From an uncultured Gemmatimonadaceae bacterium (GTDB lineage Bacteria; Gemmatimonadota; Gemmatimonadetes; Gemmatimonadales; Gemmatimonadaceae): a stretch of DNA of 64,000 bases. The DNA lies in assembly GCA_963790305.1 (NCBI GenBank), contig CAWBOC010000004.1:1-64000 (forward strand). The letters run 5' to 3'. The position numbers and the translations under genes were made by a program. Shown here one piece after another: positions 41,305 through 50,938 of the stretch. The first letter of the stretch is position 1. Each line of letters starts with the position of its first letter. The notes below the pieces were generated by a model. It ran no database searches, was not told the origin of the DNA, and was given only the letters and a program-made list of their open reading frames with translations.

Positions 41305-43621
41305 ATGAGCCCCTCCCCGACCTTCTCTCTCAGGCTGTTCGGCAGTCCATCGATCGAGGCGGACGATGGGGGCGGGGTCCCTCTGTCTGGCCGTGTCACG
41401 CAACGACACCGCGTTGCCTTGCTCGCGCTCATCGCGATGGCACCCGGCCAGCGGCTGAGTCGCGACAAGCTGATCGCCTACCTCTGGCCGGACAGCGACT
41501 CCGAGCGGGGCCGCAATCTCCTCAAGGTGTCGTCGTACGTCCTCCGCACCGAGCTGGGCGAAGCCGCCTTGCTCTCGGACGGTGATGACCTGCGGCTGAA
41601 CGCCGAGGTCGTGCGCACCAATGCGGCGGAGCTCGATGCCGCGGTCGAGCGTGGAGACCACGCCGGCGTCGTCGCGCTCTACAAGGGACCGTTCCTGGAC
41701 GGTTTCTTTCTCCCCGACGCGCCGGAGTTCGAGCAGTGGGCGGCTCGAGAGCGTGAACGTCTCGCCGCCCGTTACGCAAAGGCGCTGGAAGCGCTCGGCG
41801 ACCAGGCAGAGGAGGAAGGCGACGCCACTCGCGCGGCGGAGTGGTGGAAGACACGAGCGGTACTGGACCCGTATGACTCACGCGTCGCCCTCCGGCTCAT
41901 GCAGTCGTTGGAAGCCAGCGGCAACCGGGCGGCGGCCCTGCAGCATGCTTCAATTCACCAGCGACTGCTCGAGCAGGAATTCGGCATCGCGGCGGCGGCG
42001 GAGATCGTAGCCTTCACGGAACAGTTGCGAAAGAGGCCGGCAGGTGCCGCGGATCCTCCGACTCCTCGTCGATCACATCCCGAGTTGGCTCCCCAACCTT
42101 CGCCGCCACCCGCCGTCGAGCAGGGAGCTCGAAGCGAACGAGGTCGCGCAAGAATCCTTTCGAGGAAAACAGCTCTCTCGCTTGCGGCAATCGTAGTCGC
42201 TGCCGGCGCGCTGTGGGTCATCAGGTCCGGGTATGTCGCAACCGCGGGAGCGCTCGATTGCCGTTCTCCCTTTCATTAACATGAGCTCGGACGGTGACGA
42301 CGAATCCTTCAACGACGGCCTCACCGAAGAGATCATCACCGGTCTCGCCGCCGTACCGGAGCTGAAGGTCATTTCCCGCACCTCCGTGATGCACTACAAG
42401 GGAACCGAGAAGGCGCTTCCGCAGATCGCCGGCGAGCTGGGAGTTGCGCACATCCTCGAAGGCAGTGTGCGACGCAGTGCCGGGCGGCTGCGCATCTCCG
42501 CGCAGCTCATCGACGCCCGCGCCGACGAACATCTCTGGGCGGAGAATTACGAGACGGAGCTGCGCGATGTCTTCCGCGTGCAGGAGCAGATCGCTCGGGA
42601 AGTGGTGCGGGCCCTCGAGGTCGAGTTGGGCGAACGAGCCAATACCGCCCTGATTCGGCGGGGACCGCGCGATCCCGAGGCGTACCGGTACTACCAGCGC
42701 GCGCGGCATCTCTGGAACACGCGAACGAAGGAAGGGCACCAGCGCGCGATCGAGTACTACCACCGAGCGATCGAGCGGGACTCGAGCTACGCCGATGCGT
42801 ACGCCGGACTCGCCGATACCTACCGGACCGCCTGGCAGCTGAATGTCTCTGATCTGCCCGAGGCCGAGACCTTCGCGCGCGCCCGATGGGCGGCCGAGCG
42901 TGCGCTCGCGCTCGACGACAGGTCCGCCGACGCGCACGTGGCGTTCGCGACGTCCCTCCAGGCGCAGAAGAACTGGCGTGCGACGGAGCGCGGGCTGCGG
43001 CGCGCCATCGAGCTGAATCCGAGCCATGCGACCGCTCGCACGTGGTACGGGCTGCTGCTGGCCGGGATGGGGCGGGCGCGGGAGGCCCTCGAGCAAAGTC
43101 GCCGGGCGTATGAGCTCGATCCTTTCGCGATCGTGCCGAGCAGCAACTACGGGTGGCAATGCTATCTCGCTCGCGATTCGGAGTGCGCCATCGACCAGTA
43201 TCGCAAGACCCTCGAGATCGGTCCGACGTATGGGAGGACCCACGCGCGGCTGGGGCTCGCCTACGCACAGAAGGGGATGTTCGACGAATCGGTCCGCGCG
43301 CTCCAGAGAGCCATCGAGCTGCATCCAGAGCGTCCGGACTTTGTGGCCGACCTCGCGTACGTCCAGGCGCTGCGAGGGGAAACGGCGGCGGCGCGACAGA
43401 CGCTCGAGCGCGCGAAGGCCCAACCCTTCGAGCCGTTCAACATCGGTCGGGCGTACGTTGCCTTACGAGAGCCGGACAGCGCCTTCGCGTGGCTCGAGCG
43501 CGCCAGGTGGCAATGGCCGCACCGTGCTGTGCTCAGCGATCCCGGGCTGGATCCGATACGCGGCGACCCTCGGTTTGCGCGTCTCGCTTCGCGCGTGGAG
43601 CGGGAAATGGGTATTCGGTGA
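41305..43621 (+). CDS. BTAD/SARP-type - TM - TolB_N - TPR regulator (frameshift ~42235)
   Basis: SRDKLIAYLWPD, LYKGPFLDGF...FEQW...ER, SIAVLPFINMS, TPR repeats, DPRFARL. Confidence 0.9.
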
Positions 43622-44657
43622 TGGCCACGCACGTGAAGCCATCGCAGCGCAGCTCCCCTTGAGATCACCGATCGAGCTCATTCGACTCGCCGAACGGTAC
43701 GCGCGTTACCTCAGCGAGCGCACCGCGAACCCCTACCTGGCCTGGGGACGGCTTGGCCAAATCATCCGCGCGCTGCCTCGGGAGCAGGCGTTCGACCTGG
43801 CGTGCCACTTCGTCCATACGCTACCACGCTCCTGCCTCGCATCCTTCGGAGGTGGTACCCTTGCTCACCTCGTCGACCACCATGGCGAGACGCTCATCGA
43901 CTGGATCGAGCGCGAGGCGTCGCGCGACGTTGACTTTCTCGCCGCACTCTCGGGCGCGTGGGTCGCGGGCGAGGGCGTTCATCCCACGATACTCATTCGC
44001 CTTCGCACCGCGACGGGCGCTCGCATCCGCATCGTTCGACGGCGCGAACGCGACGCTGCCTACAAGGCGATGTTCGAACGCTGGATCACGGGGCGTCCCC
44101 AACGGCTCATGCGGCACCGGGAGCATCCAGTGCACACGCGGTATTTCGTGGACGAGGTTGACGGCGAGACGTTATCACATTCGACGCCTCCCGTCGCGCG
44201 GCCGCGTGCCGCGACCGGTGTCCCCAGAGGAGTGCTACACGATGGGAGAGTGCTGCGGAACATGGCGCGGGGCGCTGCGATGGTCTGGTTTTTCTGGTTC
44301 CAGCTGACGATCTCGGCCCCCCTTCTTCTTCCTGTCCTCGTTGCCGTACTGTCCGTCGTCAGCGCGTCGCCGGTCACCGACCTCATCACGGTCGCGCTCG
44401 CCTTCGTCCTCGGCACCGTTGGCGGCGCCGTCGCGGGTCTCGTAATGGGGGTCGTCATCGAACGACGCCGCCAGGCCCCGAATGCTCGGGCGTATGGCGG
44501 CGTGATGACGCTGATTCCCTATGTGACCCTCGTTGGCCTCATAGCACGGAGTGAGCATGGCGTCGTCGTGGCGCCCGCGGTGGTGACTGTACTCGCGGCG
44601 CATCCTGTTGTTTGGCGCTTCCTTCGCAAAGGGCGAGCGGCGCTGCACCACGTGTGA
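43621..44657 (+). CDS. DUF6869-like domain followed by a membrane domain (start uncertain, possibly two genes)
   Basis: FGGGTLAHLVDHHG..LIDWIEREA.RD..F..AL.GAW followed by four TM segments. Confidence 0.5.
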
Positions 44658-44680
44658 GGCGGCCCATACCATGACGACCG

Positions 44681-45643
44681 ATGCGTGACATTCGTGTGGC
44701 GACCGTCCAGTTTCAGCACGCTCCGGGCGACACCTCGTACAACCTCGGCCGCGTTCGCCATTTCGTCGCCGAGGCGGCGCAATCCGGCGTCGAGATCATC
44801 GCGTTTCCGGAGATGTGCCTCACCGGCTACTGGCACGTGCGCAACCTCTCGCGTGAGGCGCTCGAGGCGCTCGCCGAGGCCATCCCCGGCGGGACGTGCA
44901 CGCAAGCGCTCTTGAGCCTGTCCCGTGAGCACGGGATGACCATCGGCGCGGGGCTCGTCGAGCGGTCCGAGGACGGCCACTTATACAACGCGTACGTCGT
45001 CGCAATGCCCGACGGCCGCTGGGCACTCCATCGCAAGCTGCACGAGTTCGTGAGTGAGTTTCTCTCCAATGGGGATCGGTTCACGGTCTTCGACACGCCT
45101 CACGACTGTCGCGTTGGCGTTCTGACGTGCTACGACAACAACATCGTCGAGAACGCCCGCGCCACGGCGCTCCTCGGCGCTGAGATTCTGCTCGCTCCCC
45201 ATCAGACGGGCGGCTGCAACTCGCTGAGCCCGCGCGCGATGAAGCCGGTAGACGCCGGCATCTGGGCGCGCCGACACGAGGATCCTGAAGCGATCCGCGC
45301 CGAGATCTGCGGCATCAAGGGCCGGGCATGGCTGATGAGGTGGCTCCCAAGCCGGGCTCACGACAACGGAATGTTTCTGCTGTTCAGCAACGGCATCGGG
45401 CCCGATGACGACGAGATTCGCACGGGGAATGCGATGGTGCTCGATCCCTATGGGGAAGTGATCGTCGAGACGTGCGAGGCGGGCGATGCCATGGTCGTGG
45501 CGGACCTGGACGCGTCGGTGCTGCCGACATCATCAGGACGCCGCTGGCTGCGGGCGCGCCGGCCCGAGCTGTATGAGGGCCTAACGCGCCGCACCGGACA
45601 GGAGCAGGACACGCGCCACGTACGCTTTGGCAACCCACCCTAG
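44681..45643 (+). CDS. Nitrilase / carbon-nitrogen hydrolase
   Basis: Catalytic triad contexts FPEM, HRKLH, TCYD. Confidence 0.95.
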   Translation: MRDIRVATVQFQHAPGDTSYNLGRVRHFVAEAAQSGVEIIAFPEMCLTGYWHVRNLSREALEALAEAIPGGTCTQALLSLSREHGMTIGAGLVERSEDGHLYNAYVVAMPDGRWALHRKLHEFVSEFLSNGDRFTVFDTPHDCRVGVLTCYDNNIVENARATALLGAEILLAPHQTGGCNSLSPRAMKPVDAGIWARRHEDPEAIRAEICGIKGRAWLMRWLPSRAHDNGMFLLFSNGIGPDDDEIRTGNAMVLDPYGEVIVETCEAGDAMVVADLDASVLPTSSGRRWLRARRPELYEGLTRRTGQEQDTRHVRFGNPP

Positions 45644-45739
45644 ATACCGCCCGCCGCGCACTCGTGCTGAGCGAAACCGGGTTGGCGGGGCCATCGTATG
45701 GGGTTCCAATAGGAACAACTCCCCATACGCAGGTCATCC

Positions 45740-46480
45740 ATGCCAGTCGCATCCATCACGACCCCCGTCGATCCCCCCACCGAGAACATTCAGGCCTACG
45801 CCCGATTCGCCGGCATCCTCGGGATTCTGACAATCATCGGGGGCGGATTCGGCGAGGCGTACGTGCCCGGAGCCATGATCGTCTCCGGCGACGCGGCGGC
45901 GACCGCCCACAACATTCTCACCGGAGAGTCGTTGTTCCGCTGGGGGTTCGCGGGGTACCTTCTCGAGGCGCTCTGCGACGCGGGGCTCACCATGGCGTTC
46001 TGGGTCCTGATGCGCCCCGTGAACCGGAATCTCGCCATGCTCATGGTGGTCTTCCGGATCATCTCGACGTGCGGCTTCGCATCAGCGGAGATGCTGTACT
46101 TCGGTGCGCTGCGAACCCTGAAGGGTGCGACGACCCTGTCGGCCTTCCAACCGGACCAGCTCAGCGGCATCGCCTACACGCTGATTCAGGTGAGCGCGTT
46201 CGGGCAGGCGCTCTTCAGCATGTTCTACGGCGTGGCAAGCATGGTGTTCGGCTGGCTCATTTACCGGTCCGGTTATCTGCCGCGCATCTTCGGCGTGGGG
46301 ATGGCGATCATGGGAGTCGCGTTCACGGCGCGCACGTTTCTCCTCGTCCTCGCGCCTGCCTATGCGTCTCCGCTGTTGCTCGCGACCGCGGCGATCGCGT
46401 TCATTCCCTTCATCTTCTGGCTGCTGATCCGCGGGGTCGACGTGTCCGCGTTTGCGAAGGTGGCGAGGTTGTCGAGGTGA
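45740..46480 (+). CDS. DUF4386 family membrane protein
   Basis: ARFAG....GDAAATAHNI...LFRWG...LIYRSGYLPRIFG...WLLIRG. Confidence 0.85.
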   Translation: MPVASITTPVDPPTENIQAYARFAGILGILTIIGGGFGEAYVPGAMIVSGDAAATAHNILTGESLFRWGFAGYLLEALCDAGLTMAFWVLMRPVNRNLAMLMVVFRIISTCGFASAEMLYFGALRTLKGATTLSAFQPDQLSGIAYTLIQVSAFGQALFSMFYGVASMVFGWLIYRSGYLPRIFGVGMAIMGVAFTARTFLLVLAPAYASPLLLATAAIAFIPFIFWLLIRGVDVSAFAKVARLSR

Positions 46481-46593
46481 TCCAGGTCATCGAGGTGATC
46501 GAGGTGATCGAGGAAAGGCAACGACGCTCCCTCGATCACCTCGACCACCTCGACCACCTCGACCCCTCGACGACCTCGACAGCCTCGACCACC
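46454..46593. repeat. Inverted pair of 9-bp tandem arrays (TCGAGGTGA)n / (CCTCGACCA)n
   Basis: About 6 forward units and 7 complementary units separated by a 16-bp spacer; lies between convergent genes. Confidence 0.9.
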
Positions 46594-46603
46594 TAAGTCC
46601 TGC

Positions 46604-49177
46604 TCAGTTACTGAACCAGTACGCCACTTTGATGAGGAACGTGTTGTCCGGGTGAAGCGAGAACAGCTCGCCATAGTCTTGCGTCCACGACTGACGGAAC
46701 GTGTCGTCCGGGCCGGGTCCCTGACGGCCATGCTGCCAAACGACGAATAGCGTCGAGCCCGGGCGGAACTCCCAGCGCACCACACTGTTGCTGATGAGGT
46801 CCGTGACCTTGAACGTCGTGGGTTCCTCCGCAGGAGGCGTGTATGCCTGGAAGCGCGCGTCGTAGTCGTCGGCACCGGGCGTCGCGCTGACCTCACGAAA
46901 ATTCGTGTACACACCGGTCGCCCTGAAGGGGCGCGCGTAGAGCTCGAGCGTGAGATTCGGCGTCATCGTGTAGTTCACACGCACGCTCATCGACGTCTCC
47001 TGATAATCGAGATGCCCGAACGAGTAATCCGTGACGCCAGTGAGTGTGTCGGTGAAGTTCCCGAACCACTGGCTGTCGTTATGGTCGCGTCCAAATCCCC
47101 CACCAATGGTCAGCTGAAAGGGTGACCCGAACCGGAACGTGACGTAGGGGTCCAGGAACAAGCCATCGGTCTTTCCCTCGTCGGCAAACAACCAGTTCGC
47201 GAAGATCCCGCCGGAGACCATTTTCCGGCTATCGGTGTTGAAGCCTGCCCACGGGCTGAACCGGCGCGATTGCCGCAGCGGCGGCCCGCCGCGCGTCTCG
47301 CGGTCGTCGTAGCTCTCGCCGAGTCGAGCCATCGTCCCGCCAGCATGGAAGTCCCAATTGTTCTTGGTCCCGATGTGGCCGTTGAAGTTCACCGCGTTCT
47401 CGAGGCGCAGTCCGGAGGTGTTCCACGTCTCCCAGTGGTTGCCATTGATTTGCGCCCATCGGTAGATGCCTCTCGCTTCCCGAAATGACAGCGCCGCCCA
47501 CGTGCTCCAGTCCATGAGGTCCGCGCGGCGAAGGAAGCCGAGGTCGTTCGCCTCGAATCCGGGCGACATGCGGATGACGCTCGTCTCGAAGCGAGTGATG
47601 CCGCCGCTGTACTTCCCGAACTTGAGCTGCGCCGAGTAGCCGGACAGCGACTCGCGCGTCGAATCGACCTGCGGATCATCGCCCGGCTGCTGGTAGTAGC
47701 GGACCGAGCTCTGTTGCGTTCTCAGGATCGCCTCGCGGGTACCGGAGACACGCGATGCGGCGAGCTGACCGGCCAGCTCATAGCGGCGCCCGGAAAAGCG
47801 GTTGCGGAACGTCGCGCCGGCACTGTACGCCGCCTGATGGAGGAACGGCCTCGTCCACTGGTCGTCGGACCGGTTCACCGCCGTTCCGATCAGGCCGATG
47901 TCCGCGTCACCGCCACGGAAATCCTGAAGCGCCCGGACGACGGCGTAGTTCGTGAGCGGCTCGACGGTTCGGCCATCGGTACCCGCCACGTCGCGCGTGA
48001 TGGCGTCCAGCACTCCAAACGCGAGGCCGCCCTTCGTGCGGCTGGTGAGCTTCGTCGCGGCGGCAATCGTGGTCGACGTCGGCGTCGTCTCATCCCCATA
48101 CACGTTGCGAAGCGACGGGGAGCGCCCAATACGGCGCGAGTAGAAGAGTCCCTCGTTCGTGCTGCAGTCCACCACGATGTAGCAGTTGAGCTCGAAGCGA
48201 TACAGCCCCGTGCCCTCGACGAAGAACGGGCGGCGCTCGTACAGGAACGTCTCGAACGCGGTGAGGTTGACGACCGACGGATCCGACTCCACCTGGCCGA
48301 AGTCCGGATTGATGGTGGCGTCGAGAGTGACGTTAGGCGTGATGCCGATCTTGACATCACCACCGGCCGTCAGCTCCTGGACGCGGTCGTAACTCCCGGT
48401 GGGCGTGCGGCGTTGCACGTTCTTCGCGACGACGTACGGAGTGGCCTCGATCCGGCGCGCCGTGCTCAGCGATGACATCCCCTCGAGGCGCCCGAGCTGT
48501 GAGGCGAGACCGGTGCGCTGCGGGTGGTAGAGCGGCCAGCTGCTGCGCTCACGGTACCGCTCGACGTCGCGCCAGATCCCGAACCCAAACGTGGTCGTCC
48601 CCGCCGTATAGCGGAGCTGCGAGAGCGGGATGCGGAACTCGGCCGTCCAGCCGAGGGAGTCGACGTTGGTTGCAACGTCCCATATGCCGTTCCAGGACTC
48701 GTCCTCGTTGCCGTCGTTGCTCATCGAGTAGTCGCGCTTCACGCCGTCCGGGTTCACGGCGAACTCGAACCCGCTGCGCCGGTCGTTGTACGAATCGATG
48801 AGGAGCTTCACCTGGTCCGACGGACCCCGGACATCTCGTCGCGACAGCGCGTGCATGATGCTGTCGGGGTGCGGGTCGAACATCCGCACGAACACGTAGA
48901 GGTTTCGCGCGTCGTATGCCGCCTGGAATTCGGTGCGGAACGAGGGGTCTACATCCACCTTGGGCTCGAACTGGCGAAACCCGGACTGCTTGGGCGCCTG
49001 CTGCCACACCGCATCGCCGTCCCGACCGTCTATTTGCGGTGGGTCCGCGGCGCGCACAGCGGTCGCGGCCGCGATGACCGGTGCGCTGGCCGGCTGGGCC
49101 GGCTGGCCCTGCTGGGCGTGGGCCTGCTGAAATACTGAAAGAGCAGCAGCGATGATCGCGGCGGCGGCACTATGCAT
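46604..49177 (-). CDS. DUF5916 protein (CBM9-like N-terminus, outer-membrane barrel)
   Basis: Signal peptide; PQIDG, F.VNPDG, WTAEFRIP, NPDFGQVESD, E.RPFF.EG, LFYSRRIG; C-terminal FLIKVAYW. Confidence 0.9.
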   Translation of the reverse strand: MHSAAAAIIAAALSVFQQAHAQQGQPAQPASAPVIAAATAVRAADPPQIDGRDGDAVWQQAPKQSGFRQFEPKVDVDPSFRTEFQAAYDARNLYVFVRMFDPHPDSIMHALSRRDVRGPSDQVKLLIDSYNDRRSGFEFAVNPDGVKRDYSMSNDGNEDESWNGIWDVATNVDSLGWTAEFRIPLSQLRYTAGTTTFGFGIWRDVERYRERSSWPLYHPQRTGLASQLGRLEGMSSLSTARRIEATPYVVAKNVQRRTPTGSYDRVQELTAGGDVKIGITPNVTLDATINPDFGQVESDPSVVNLTAFETFLYERRPFFVEGTGLYRFELNCYIVVDCSTNEGLFYSRRIGRSPSLRNVYGDETTPTSTTIAAATKLTSRTKGGLAFGVLDAITRDVAGTDGRTVEPLTNYAVVRALQDFRGGDADIGLIGTAVNRSDDQWTRPFLHQAAYSAGATFRNRFSGRRYELAGQLAASRVSGTREAILRTQQSSVRYYQQPGDDPQVDSTRESLSGYSAQLKFGKYSGGITRFETSVIRMSPGFEANDLGFLRRADLMDWSTWAALSFREARGIYRWAQINGNHWETWNTSGLRLENAVNFNGHIGTKNNWDFHAGGTMARLGESYDDRETRGGPPLRQSRRFSPWAGFNTDSRKMVSGGIFANWLFADEGKTDGLFLDPYVTFRFGSPFQLTIGGGFGRDHNDSQWFGNFTDTLTGVTDYSFGHLDYQETSMSVRVNYTMTPNLTLELYARPFRATGVYTNFREVSATPGADDYDARFQAYTPPAEEPTTFKVTDLISNSVVRWEFRPGSTLFVVWQHGRQGPGPDDTFRQSWTQDYGELFSLHPDNTFLIKVAYWFSN

Positions 49178-49328
49178 TGAGGGCTCCGAGTGGGACCTGA
49201 TGATGCTTTGACACCCGATTGGCGGGAAGAGTTGGAGTCGACTACGCCCCGCAACGCATGGTTTTGCGGTGAGTTACCGGGGGGAGCCGACCAGCGGGAG
49301 CCGCACGGGTCGCCTCCGCCTCGGCGGT

Positions 49329-50171
49329 TTACTGCGTGGTGAGAATCCCTTCGTCGATCACGGCCCCCGTTCGGCTGATCGCCTGGAAGAACATCTTGTT
49401 GCCGATGATCTCGACGATCATGAACGAGCGGTCGCGGTCGAACGCGGCCGCGGTGAGCGGTCCGCGCCGCGTGTCGCCCTTGCGCAGCTTCGCCGCTCCA
49501 CCGGCGAGGAAGTGGTGAATGCCCTTCTGCGGCTTGAACCGCTCGTAGACATGCTCGTGACCCGCGAACACGACGTCGACTCCGTGCTTGACGAAGATCG
49601 GCTCGAGGATCGCCCTGAGCTCGACCTCCGGCCCGCGCCGCGCCGTCGTGTACAAGGGATGATGGAAGTAGGCGATCTTCCACTCCGAGTCCGATGCCTC
49701 GAGCTCCTTCTCCAGCCACTTCACCTGCTCCGGATCCAGGTAGTTGCTGTCCAGGATGAAGAACCGCACGTTGCCTTCCTTGAAGGTGCGGTAGCGCTTC
49801 CCGTCGAGGTTGAACGGCTTGTAGTAGCGCTGGTTGGGATCGTCGTGATTCCCGAGTGCGGCGTGAAACTTCACGCCGGCGTCGAGAAGCGCCTTATAGG
49901 GCCTCTCGAACTTTTGCGCGAAGTCCTGCGGCCGCTCCTTCCCGTAGATGTTGTCGCCGAGCATGATGGCGAAGGTGAACGGGAACTCGGCGTAATACCT
50001 GAGGATTTGGGCCGCCACTTCGTTCTGTTGTCGGTCGCCCGTCCCGGCATCGCCGAGGACGAGGAATCGAACCGAGTTGGGCATGACGGGAAGGCGCATG
50101 TCCTGCGCTGGCGCCTCAGCGGGCGCCCATGCTGCCAGAATCCCCGCGATCATCGCCAAATGTCGCTTCAT
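49329..50171 (-). CDS. Secreted metallophosphoesterase (calcineurin-like)
   Basis: GDAG, GDNIY, GNHD, FHHP, GHEH. Confidence 0.93.
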   Translation of the reverse strand: MKRHLAMIAGILAAWAPAEAPAQDMRLPVMPNSVRFLVLGDAGTGDRQQNEVAAQILRYYAEFPFTFAIMLGDNIYGKERPQDFAQKFERPYKALLDAGVKFHAALGNHDDPNQRYYKPFNLDGKRYRTFKEGNVRFFILDSNYLDPEQVKWLEKELEASDSEWKIAYFHHPLYTTARRGPEVELRAILEPIFVKHGVDVVFAGHEHVYERFKPQKGIHHFLAGGAAKLRKGDTRRGPLTAAAFDRDRSFMIVEIIGNKMFFQAISRTGAVIDEGILTTQ

Positions 50172-50176
50172 GAGAG

Positions 50177-50778
50177 TCACCCTCCCGAGGGCACGGCCCG
50201 GGGCATGAAGTCGAGGATCACGTTCGCCTCGACGTCGCGCAGGATGAGATAGTTCCCGCACGATCCGGTACTCGATCTCCTCCGGCAGCGGGGGAAGCAC
50301 GGGAAGCAGTGCCGGCGGGAACGTCGCGAGCGGATACGTCGTCGGATAAATCTGGTTCACCTGGGGCTCGAAGTCCGGGAGCTCTTCCTGCTGGTCCTGT
50401 CGCGTCTCGAGCACCGGTTCGGAGCGCCGACTGTATTCCTGTCTGATCAGGGTGGCGAGGAACGCCGCCACCTCGGGCGAGAAGATGTCCCCCTGCTTCG
50501 CCTGCGGACGCGAGGCGATGATCGCGTTTCCGAGCGCGACGGCACGCGTCGGCAATCTCCGCCTGACTCTTCGTGGGATCGAGGTCGCCAATCGAGTCCG
50601 TCAGGCGTTCGCGAAGGGTGGTGTATGCATCGAGGCGCTTCGCGAAGTCGGCGAACATCGTGTCGGTCGGATTCTCCGACCGATCCGGCTCCGCTTCTTT
50701 GCACCCAGTCCCGAAGGTGAACGCGGCACTGACAACGGCGACCAGCGCGAGGGTTCTTCCTCGCCGTTTGCGCGACAT
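50177..50778 (-). CDS. Hypothetical lipoprotein (frameshifted)
   Basis: FGTGC lipobox; AKQGDIF...VNQIYP...TFPPALL.VLP.LPEEIEYRIV...ANVILDF. Confidence 0.75.
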
Positions 50779-50938
50779 AGGCTTCTCCCTCGAGGAGCGG
50801 CGACCGGCCGGTGGCACGTCACCGGGTTCTTTCAAGGCTCGTGCCTCGAATACTCGTCGATGACCCGGTCACCGTCATTGCGACGGGGTGGTTTGAATCG
50901 TTCAAGCCCCTACCCTTTCGCCGTGTTAAGTCCCTCGT

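Noticed and set aside
43026..43620. N-terminal part of the 543-aa ORF
   Set aside because: Shadow frame over the TPR regulator.
46454..46593. CRISPR array
   Set aside because: Units are 9-bp tandem repeats without spacers, and there are no cas genes.
49329..50591. 420-aa lipoprotein-phosphoesterase fusion
   Set aside because: Produced by frameshifts; the upstream gene stops at 50177 and the phosphoesterase has its own signal peptide at 50171.
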